64,000 nt of DNA from Octopus bimaculoides (taxonomy: Eukaryota), in contig NC_069000.1 in assembly GCF_001194135.2 (NCBI RefSeq), positions 2,676,207 to 2,740,206 on the forward strand, given 5' to 3'. Both the position numbers and the translations under genes were made by a program. Of the stretch, positions 1-10,084 are shown one piece after another. Each line of letters starts with the position of its first letter. The first letter of the stretch is position 1. Below the pieces are notes generated by a model. That model searched no databases. It was not told where the DNA came from and worked only from the letters and a program-made list of their open reading frames with translations.

Positions 1-86
1 ATATATATATATATATATATAATCAACTTTAAATAGAGCTCAAAATTGATCCGTTGAAAATACTTTATTATAATAACAAATAAATA

Positions 87-175
87 GACCTATGTACGTT
101 TCGATAGAACATCCACAATGATTAATGCATATCATAAAATATTATAAAATATAGGATACTCCATCTCCTCAGGGT
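87..175 (-). ncRNA. Minimal type I hammerhead ribozyme motif (inverted copy)
   Basis: Minus strand reads acc-CTGAGGA-gatggagtatcc...ggatgttctatc-GAAA-cgtacat-a-ggtc, the same fold as 456-545 with ACGTACAT in stem III. Confidence 0.62.
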
Positions 176-455
176 ATTTATTTTGATGATTATTGCTCTA
201 ACGGATTTTATAGCGTTCTAAATTGAACAGTAACTGAAATTTATAATATAAAATGTTTAGGTTTAGATTTGAATAAATTTACCGTTTGCTCGTTCATTGC
301 ACATTTGGGATGGAAAGTTGTGTGCCATCTATTACTTTTTCATCCTGTTTTGTATATTTTCATGGGTCAACTATGAAAATTAGATTTGAATGTTTCTGTT
401 TTTATTGGATGTGTATTGCTAATAATGATGATGGTGATGATAGCAATAATAATGG

Positions 456-545
456 GACCCTGAGGAGATGGAGTATCCTATATTTTATAATATTTTATAA
501 TATGTATTAATCATTCTGGATGTTCTATCGAAATGTACATAGGTC
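456..545 (+). ncRNA. Minimal type I hammerhead ribozyme motif
   Basis: Stem I GACC(456-459)/GGTC(542-545); core CTGAGGA 460-466; 12-bp stem II GATGGAGTATCC(467-478)/GGATGTTCTATC(518-529) with G-U pairs; GAAA 530-533; palindromic stem III region ATGTACAT 533-540; cleavage base A541. Confidence 0.7.
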
Positions 546-920
546 TATTTATTTGTTATTGTTATTGTTGTCGTAATAAAGTATTTTCAACGGATCAATT
601 TTGAGCTCTATTTAAAGTTGATATATATTCAAAAACTCAGCTGTGAGTTTTTTGGCTAAGATTGTTAACAGATACTATATCATTTACCAAATTTTTTGGT
701 AAAAAAATATATATTTAACATATATATATATAAACATATATAAATATATACTATTAAGAGTGTGTATATATAATATACATATAGTGCAGTGTATATGTAT
801 ATATGCATAATCTAAATAGTATTTATATATATATATCTATATATATATATATATATATAATTTACGTAGAGTAAAGTGTATATGTGTAATATGTATATAC
901 ACATACTTTAAATAGTATTT

Positions 921-961
<41 letters not shown>

Positions 962-2053
962 CATGTGAGATTAACAACTTATAACATGCAATATTATACA
1001 TTTTCTTTGAAGTTGCTAACAACTTGCAAAATATCTTCGATTAGATTAGGCGGACAATAAATAAACATTGCAGGGGTTACACGTCAGGCCATTCAGCACC
1101 TCGGATTAATGTTTAACTCATTTCTAAACAAGCTTCTTTACAACTTCAGTAATAATTGCTGACAGTTAAGAGGTCTTGAGAAAACCTAATCCGCATTACG
1201 TAACAGTAATACTGTACATGATTACACTCATTTATATAAAGGAATGTTAATTAACTGTGAACAATTATTGAACAATTTTTCACAAGGCGAAATACGCTTG
1301 TAAGTGGAGATTCAGATTTTGTGAGAACTGTGTTTAAGCAATAATTATTATTCTATACACATTCACATAGTAAAATATTTCACTGAACTTGGCTGTCAGT
1401 TATATATATATATAATCATAGTTAGAGGTTATACTATATATATATATATATATATCATAGTTAGCAGTTATAGTAACCGACTAAGGGATAAAATATCCGT
1501 ATATGCTATCGGACACCTGTTTTGTTATGTCATGCTTTGCATTAAAAATGAGCAATAAATGTTGACCAATCGTTGTGTTGGTTAATTTGTAGTTTTCTCC
1601 ATTTTCTCATTATATATATATAGATATTCTGTGTGTGTGTGTCTGTGTGAATATATGTATATCATATCAAAAAGATATCAAAATATAAACTATACTTGTA
1701 GGCAGGATAGAATAGCTGAAAGTAACAACACCCCGTATTCGGTGTAAATCTATATATAACATCTTATCGTTCTACAGTCAGACAAGGAAATTTGTTTAGA
1801 ATGGTGTATACAGAATCTGATTCTCCTTTTAAAGAATAAATCTCTGGGCAAAATATAGGTATGTAATGAGAATACACCAGGGACATCTAGCGCTAGTTAG
1901 TCTATCGGAGATTATTGAATCGCATTTAGGAGCATAGGGGTAGACAGCATTTTAGGTGAACCAACCTACCCTTTGGCTCTGCTTCTTTACTTATTCCATT
2001 TAGGGGCATACAATTATCGTTTACCGATACACATGATCCAGCTGATTGTTCCG

Positions 2054-2100
2054 TCACAGGAAGAGTAAAAGTTCAATGTATGATATAAACAAACATGCAT
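2054..2100 (-). CDS. Tentative terminal coding exon with a hydrophobic tail (N-ACLFISYIELLLFL*), possibly part of a GPI signal
   Basis: Acceptor tgtgttcctgtttcatccag. Phase 1 fits the 10025-10084 exon, and the frame ends at TGA after a hydrophobic run. Short and otherwise unsupported. Confidence 0.35.
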
Positions 2101-2779
2101 CTGGATGAAACAGGAACACACACTTTGAACAGTAACATACAACTAAACGAATATAAAACATATATGAATAGGTGTATGCATCTATATATATATGTATATA
2201 TTTATATAATATATATGTGTGTGTGTGTGTGTGTGTGCGAGTATGCGTGTGTACATATGTATGTGTGTGTATATATGTATACGTGTGTGTATTTATATAT
2301 ATATCAAAGCATAGACAGCGCAAGTATGTGGTTGATAGAAAATAAATATTTAGAAGATCAGATATTTGATTGATATCTGCCTTATTACGAACACACGCGC
2401 GCACACTCCGCACATACATCACACACACACACACACACACACAGGCAGATATGCCTGTGTTGATGTGCATATACATATATATGGAAGTATACACACGTAT
2501 ACGCTTATATGAATATAGATTTATTGAATGAATTAATTTTGTCGATACGTATAATTACTTACGCTTCTCATGTTCTTAATTTGCTCATGTAATCATATGT
2601 ATTTATAATTTTAGCCTCACACTATCTTCTTTCATCTTTATTAATTGCCATTATTAAGCAAACATACCCTCCCTGCACCTGCAAACAGGAATAAAGTCAC
2701 ACACATACGGACACACATTCACGTGTGCGCGCGCACACACAGAAGAGCTGGTGTACATTTGTACATACAAAGGCTTTAT

Positions 2780-2820
<41 letters not shown>

Positions 2821-2934
2821 ATCATTTTTTTCAATCCTTGTTTCTTTTTCTTCTGTGGAAGAGCGTAGGCTTGAAAGTCTTCGTCTTTTGTTTTTTGTGA
2901 ATTATCCCTATATATATGTATATATATAATTATT

Positions 2935-2975
<41 letters not shown>

Positions 2976-3919
2976 NNNNNNNNNNNNNNNNNNNNNNNNN
3001 NNNNNNNNNNNNNNNNNNNNNNNNNNNNNNNNNNNNNNNNNNNNNNNNNNNNNNNNNNNNNNNNNNNNNNNNNNNNNNNNNNNNNNNNNNNNNNNNNNNN
3101 NNNNNNNNNNNNNNNNNNNNNNNNNNNNNNNNNNNNNNNNNNNNNNNNNNNNNNNNNNNNNNNNNNNNNNNNNNNNNNNNNNNNNNNNNNNNNNNNNNNN
3201 NNNNNNNNNNNNNNNNNNNNNNNNNNNNNNNNNNNNNNNNNNNNNNNNNNNNNNNNNNNNNNNNNNNNNNNNNNNNNNNNNNNNNNNNNNNNNNNNNNNN
3301 NNNNNNNNNNNNNNNNNNNNNNNNNNNNNNNNNNNNNNNNNNNNNNNNNNNNNNNNNNNNNNNNNNNNNNNNNNNNNNNNNNNNNNNNNNNNNNNNNNNN
3401 NNNNNNNNNNNNNNNNNNNNNNNNNNNNNNNNNNNNNNNNNNNNNNNNNNNNNNNNNNNNNNNNNNNNNNNNNNNNNNNNNNNNNNNNNNNNNNNNNNNN
3501 NNNNNNNNNNNNNNNNNNNNNNNNNNNNNNNNNNNNNNNNNNNNNNNNNNNNNNNNNNNNNNNNNNNNNNNNNNNNNNNNNNNNNNNNNNNNNNNNNNNN
3601 NNNNNNNNNNNNNNNNNNNNNNNNNNNNNNNNNNNNNNNNNNNNNNNNNNNNNNNNNNNNNNNNNNNNNNNNNNNNNNNNNNNNNNNNNNNNNNNNNNNN
3701 NNNNNNNNNNNNNNNNNNNNNNNNNNNNNNNNNNNNNNNNNNNNNNNNNNNNNNNNNNNNNNNNNNNNNNNNNNNNNNNNNNNNNNNNNNNNNNNNNNNN
3801 NNNNNNNATATATATATAATTATTTATGTATGTATATTTATATATATATATATATATATATATAATTATTTATGTATGTATATTTATATATACATATATA
3901 TATAACATATATTTATACT

Positions 3920-4963
3920 CTTCTACTCATTTTAACCACGTGGCTGTGGTCATGCTGGAGCACCACCGTAACCTTTGTGATTACTTCAGTTTGGGATGTT
4001 TCACATCGCCAATCTTCTATGTACCTTTGTCCCAGCTCTTGGCCCATTTGGTTTATAAAGGAGTTTGATTCCGCTGCTCTCGTCTACCCCACATGACGGG
4101 CTGTTTGTTGGTTCATCAGGGATTCTGCACAGCAGGATGGTGAGTTCCTTTTCGAAGATATCTATTTCCACTTTATGCAGATTTGGTAATTTTTGTGGCA
4201 CGGCATTAAAAACTTGTGGGCCATTGAACGCTCAACAATCGCAATACCTGGTTGCAATACATGGTCCTGAATTTTATACGAGTGAATAGTCCCTTATGGC
4301 AGCGATTTCTGGCGTGTCTATGACTCTCAATGCCAACATTATCTAGTAACCCTTCTAGAGTTTTCCATATGTAGATTCTTGTACATCTGTCTCGAATTTT
4401 TCAAGGGAGTAAAGTTCCATCTTTCTCAGTCTATCCCTGCAGCTCATCCACTACACTCTTTCAATCTGTTTAGTGTAGTGGCGTTGGAGTGCTTCATGCT
4501 CCACTGTTAGTTTGGAACTAGGTGGTGACCATAACTGGGAGCAGTAGTTTTGAAGAACTTCAGTATCCATCCTGCAAGTCGTCTGTACTTAGCTGCCATC
4601 TTGGTATTGTGTATATAAAATGATGCTGATTGCACATGCTGATCTCCAAGTCATCCACTGCTTGTGTCACTGGGATTATAGTGCCTTCGCGTCCTCTGTA
4701 TGGAGGGTGTAATTCATTCATGAGTTGATAGTGCAGTGCTTTATAGATTCTAGCATTAAACTGTATTGCTTATTTCGGCCCATTTGTATATCGAATTCAG
4801 GTACCCCTGTAATCTTGATTTTATTGCCTGCGATAATTTTGTATCCTTGGCAAATGTGGTAACAGTGGCTGACCGAATGACAGTGGGAATATCTAAGGGG
4901 ACTATTATGAACAGTAATTGCTCCAGAACAGTTCGATAGGGGACGGCAATTAGGATTTGATTC
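3920..4963 (-). mobile_element. 5'-truncated, decayed CR1-group (CR1/L2/Crack-like) LINE
   Basis: Decayed RT motifs VPYRTVLEQLLFII (consensus VPQGTVLGPLLF) and FAKDTKL (FADDTKL), then LNSIYKWAE and the C-terminal LCRIPDEPT. Frameshifts and stops present. 3' tail ggtggtgctccagcatgaccacagcc. Confidence 0.88.
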
Positions 4964-5057
<94 letters not shown>

Positions 5058-6601
5058 GTTTATATACATAATGAATGAAATTACATTTGATAACAGAAAT
5101 GATAATAACAATAATTGTAAAATCGTTGATGTATTTGCGCTTCCTTACAGGGATAAAACTCCGTTTATTGAATGACTGTCTTTCAACGCGTGAAATTACA
5201 TATACGCGGCTGGGTGTTTCACGGGCTTGTGTACCCTCTACGAAATTCTTAAAGGAAGGGCATGTCAAAACTTCGGACCGTTGAGCTTTACATGCATACT
5301 ACAGAGAGAGGGGAGATAGAGAGAAAAAAGAGATGAATGAGAGATACTATGAGTTAAAGTGAATTTTCACAATTAGTCATAAGTCATTAATTGATCTTGT
5401 AATAATGACAGGAAACATTTCCGTGCGGTTTCAAATCAAAATAAAGAATGCCGAAATTAACGTCCTTAGAATGCTGGAATTTCACTGCGTTCAGGCAAAA
5501 GAAACATAGCCAAAAATGTCTTACATATAGACGAAAACATAAGAAACAGGAGTAAATATATGAAAATTACTTAGAGAGGAACAAAATACACAATGACAGT
5601 ATAGTAATGATATTAGATTGAACTGGTAATAAATGGTTACCACAGAACTTTGAGAAAAGAGAATAAAACGAGCTGATTATTTCGCAGCTGATCACTCTAA
5701 GATTTCAAGTTATGATATGTCTATGCAAGGCTATGTTTTGAGAGAGAATCCGAATTTTTTTTTTTTTTTATCGGGAGAGACCAAAAAATGTGATCCCTAT
5801 AGTTGTGTTATAAACGCTTCATAAATTGAGTAAAGAAAATTATATTCATCATAAAAAGAAAAATGATAAAATATAAAAAATGATAAAATAGATATTTGAG
5901 AATTTTCCATCTATCACATCACCAGCCTATGTCTAGATGTATTCTCCATATCATCTGTATGTCAGATTATGCACATAGATGTCATCTTTATAAATAGCTT
6001 ATATGGAATAAATGAGGTAACTTATGCCATCTATAATCCAGAAGTTATAAATATAAGAAAGACTCATTATTCAGAACAAAAATATATATATATAGTTGAA
6101 ATTCAAGAAAAACAAAAGGCAAAGACGGGTCTCTCTCTCTCTCTATATATATATATATGAAAACAATCGAGTTGAAATATTAATAATGGGTACTGTGTAC
6201 TAAAATGGCATATGTTGAATGAAATAATATTCAAAATTGATTACAAATAAAATACATTCCGCAAACAGGGATGCAGCAATAGCATAACACAACAATGATT
6301 ATGTGCTCGGGTGCATTAACGTCAATAAATACTACAAGCTAAATACTGTCATATGCAATTAATTTGCTCGAATTTGGAGACAGAAGGTCAACCTTTTCAA
6401 TGTAATGTTGTACGCCACGAATGGGATGTAAAGCATATAAGTAACTAAAAATTAAAGTCGATCTTAGATTTCGCTATAATCCATAACAATTCTATTCAAT
6501 TACGGGCGTAATAAATGGACACAGAATTTTGAGCATTTTACTATGATGTAGTTAATAACGACCCTCTCTCTTGCTGAAGCGAAATAAATCCTATTACCCC
6601 A

Positions 6602-6640
<39 letters not shown>

Positions 6641-7029
6641 GTAAATGAGGGATATTCCCAGATTCCCTGCTATGCAAAACTCTGGTGAGAAAGTATTGGT
6701 AGTATTATTTAGAAATTTATGCAATTTAAGTGCAAAGCAGTGGGATCGAACAACGCACAACATGGTTGCAAAGAGAGCTTGTTAACTGCAGTTACAACTA
6801 CTTTGGCGAATTCGACGCCTTTCCACCTGCACACAATATAATTCAAAATAATTCAATTTCGTTCGTATTTAACAGATTTAAAAACATAGAAATTAGAAAT
6901 ACTTTTTTCTGCATTTCATCTCATTCTCTTATAGGATACTTTTATTCGCTAAACTAGAAGCAATCGAGTCATTCAAAACTCATGAGACATTCAGTTCTGT
7001 CCTTAATCTATAACCCCATTAGTCTGGTC

Positions 7030-7275
7030 CTTATCATGGTTTACCTGGCGTTTTAGCGATTAGGAATGAACAGAGAAAACCATTCAGCCGGATGCTAGGT
7101 TATACCAGGGTTAAATCCGCAATTCGTGTTCAGATTTCCAGCTGAGTTGAATGAAATAGCTCGAAGTGAAATGCCTTACTCAAGGATAAAATTTGCCACT
7201 TGATCAGAGGTGTATTCAAAATCTAACAATCATGAACTGCGTAACCTCCAAACTCTTAGTCTACACCCCTTAACT
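7030..7275 (-). mobile_element. Decayed tRNA-derived SINE of a third family
   Basis: ccagctgagttgaatgaaatagctcgaagtgaaatgccttactcaagga central block and a decayed B box near 7210-7225. Divergent. Confidence 0.45.
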
Positions 7276-7958
7276 AAATTCGTTAACACAGTATATAAAC
7301 ATTGTTATAGTCATATTATGTGTCTCTACTGTCTTCATACTGTCTGATACCTGATGATTCATATATTGTATTCATTCTTTTTATGTATATCAGGATTCAG
7401 ATTAAGCAAAGATGAAAACTGGAGCCTGCAGACTTCATAATTCTACAAAGAGCATTGGTGACATAACACAAATGAGAACTTTCTATAATTTGATGTCCAA
7501 ATTGAATTATAGTCGTCGTAGCAGTGTGTGATACATTTATATTTCTATGCCCAGTATACGCACTACTATACAATGCTATATAATAAGGTTATATAAAATC
7601 AATTACAGAAAATAGTAAACATGACCTTTGACATAAGGCAAGGTCATTTGGTTGTGGTTGCTTAGAGGTTTCATTTTTATTTTGAGAATCAGACGACATT
7701 CCGTTGTATGGTAAAATATAATTACTCAATAACAGTGAATACTGCTAACGCTTAGTTCTCCACTAGAGTATACATGTTTCGGTAGATGTGTATATGATTG
7801 TATGTTCCTACATAGATACACTTACACGTGTCTGTTTTTTGGGGGCGTATATTTGCACGTGTGTGTATGTATATGTGTATTTGAGAAGATGTTCATGGAC
7901 AATTATATGCGGCAATATATTAGTATATGAATATGATTCAATCGGGTTAGTTCTGAAA

Positions 7959-8034
<76 letters not shown>

Positions 8035-8591
8035 GAATCGCATGAGAATAACTACGTATGTGGGACAATACGTAATAGCATTAGACAAGGGATTCTGTTA
8101 TTTCTTCACTAAATTAATATATTTATTTACTATCGAACAACGGGGATCATGAAATATATTTAGGTGACTATTCTTTACAGATTTGAATAATGATTTGATT
8201 ATTTTAGCATAACTTTTTGACATTTCTCTATTTCCTAGTGTATCGTGTCTTCTAAAATGTCTAGCAATGCAGACATTATTGAATTTATGTATATAATGCA
8301 TATACATCTATGCCTCTATCGATAAATAGATAGATATGTACGCACACACACACGTATATATACGCTCAGTATTTCTCATTTGTTTGCTATCAAAGCATAA
8401 CGTTAAACCGCAAATTTACGATTTTCTGTGTGAAAGCCGAAAACCGAAGGAATTACAATATAATTCCAGGAAATGATCCGCATCTATTTGGCGCAGAAAT
8501 TAAAGTAACAGGAATAATATGCACTTCTATATTTAAGAGACGAGGAATTATTTACATTTGACGGATATTTGTCCTCATTTTGTTTGTTGTT

Positions 8592-8637
8592 AACACAATG
8601 TTTCGGCTGATTTACCCTCCAGCCTTCATCAGGTGTC
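8592..8637 (-). ncRNA. Minimal type I hammerhead motif (inverted copy, GAAACATT variant)
   Basis: Minus strand reads gacac-CTGATGA-a-ggctgg-agggtaaa-tcagcc-GAAA-catt-gtgtt. A G>A change breaks the ACGT palindrome. Confidence 0.6.
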
Positions 8638-8821
8638 TTGGGGAAATTTCGAACCTGGATTCTCATTCCTAAGGCATTTTTCGGTGTTATACTTCTCCTT
8701 CTTATTATTATTCAGTTCACTGCCTGGAATCGAACTTGGAATCTTTGAGTTAGTATCTCGCGCTTTAACCACTACGCTATAAGCCCGTGGGAATGAGAAA
8801 CCAGGTTCGAAATTTCCCCAA

Positions 8822-8867
8822 GACACCTGATGAAGGCTGGAGGATATATCAGCCGAAACGTTGTGTT
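8822..8867 (+). ncRNA. Minimal type I hammerhead ribozyme motif
   Basis: Stem I GACAC(8822-8826)/GTGTT(8863-8867); CTGATGA 8827-8833 plus one extra A; stem II GGCTGG(8835-8840)/TCAGCC(8849-8854); GAAA 8855-8858; palindromic ACGT 8858-8861 in place of stem III; cleavage base U8862. Confidence 0.72.
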
Positions 8868-10024
8868 AACAAGAAGCAGGATGAGAACAGATATCCGTCA
8901 AATATAAATAATGTTGGAATAATATAGTCAACTTACATATGAAATTATGGTATTATAAGTTTCTCTACACATAGCAATACTAAGAACTAGCTGTTGGAAC
9001 ATATTGTACTAACGCTTTAGGTTAAATCGTCAGGCGAGTAGATGGTGAATTATCATTTAAAGAATGACAAAGAATAAGAATTACATAAACACTTTTCATA
9101 TATTACAGCTGTGTATGCTATAAGTAACGTTGCATCAGACTGCTCATCTCTGATTACAATGTCTCTAAGAGCAAAAACAACGGCAGGCTAAAGAAAATGA
9201 TAACATGTCTCTTGTTCTTTTGTCATTCACCATCTTTTATACGTGATTAGAGGGACTGAGGACGTGGTGGAGATAAGGGCAGATTTTAACATTAATTTCC
9301 GAAATTATACGCTTGGAATGAAAACGATTATATGCTTTTGAAACTCACTCAGTTGAATGGGCGACTGGTAATTATCAAATTTTGTATGTGGAGTTGATAA
9401 AGTAACGCACATTTTCAACTAGTTACCGTATTGTTTACTGGGCATATCGTATCAACGTCGCTCATCTGTATCTCTAGTGTGCTATATTTTGTTTAAATTA
9501 TTGGGTTTTTTTCTCATTGAAGAAAAATGTTCTTTGGTATTTAGTTGACATATTCCCATACAAGAATATCGATCTAGTGTTTCTGTTATTTTTTTCTGTT
9601 TTTCAAGTTCACTGAATTCCAAACCTGTTCATTGTAAGTTGTGAACCTCTTGGGAGTATATTTGTATATAACATTGCCGAATGAGACAGATATTGATCGT
9701 TGTTAATATGATTTTATTTCATGAATACGGAAATTATAGAGATAGATTTATTGGAATTGTAATAAAAATCGCTATGCCACAATACGTTTCTAGTTGACGC
9801 TCTTGTTTCCTGTTAATGGAATTAATTATATGACTATAAATATAAGACATTAAATCGAATGATAGAATGATTTGAGTATTTATGACATGATTGGGACGAA
9901 ATATGGGCGTTTTTTAGATAGATTTGGTTATGTACTGTAATGGACAGTAAATCTATTTTGGTCAATATAAATATATATATATAATGAAATATATACATAT
10001 ATATATTTGATGTGTTCAACTTAC

Positions 10025-10084
10025 TTTTTTCGGGGACCTCTGCTTTACTGGTTGTTGGAGGTGCAGACAGAGTGTTGTTGTCAT
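10025..10084 (-). CDS. Probable short Ser/Thr/Pro-rich stalk exon of the same gene (xDNNTLSAPPTTSKAEVPEK)
   Basis: Acceptor ttctgatatgttccag and donor gtaagt. 60 nt, phase 1-1, no stop, GC-richer than its flanks. Composition fits a membrane-proximal linker. No domain signature. Confidence 0.6.

Larger units (their letters stand above)
22..622. mobile_element. Inverted-repeat element with hammerhead motifs in both arms (Penelope-like pLTR-type remnant)
   Basis: Arms 22-175 and 457-622 are near-perfect reverse complements around a spacer of about 280 bp. Each arm contains CTGAGGA...GAAA with a pairable stem II. Confidence 0.75.
8547..8912 (-). mobile_element. tRNA-headed element with inverted hammerhead-containing arms
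   Basis: Arms 8547-8669 and 8790-8912 (123 bp each) are reverse complements. The spacer holds a minus-strand tRNA-like head with A box TAGCGTAGTGG (8769-8779) and B box GTTCGATTCC (8726-8735), followed by (AAT)n. Confidence 0.8.

Noticed and set aside
8716-8786. tRNA gene
   Set aside because: A and B boxes are present but the acceptor stem does not close (gggctta against gcagtga), so it is a SINE-type head and not a functional tRNA.
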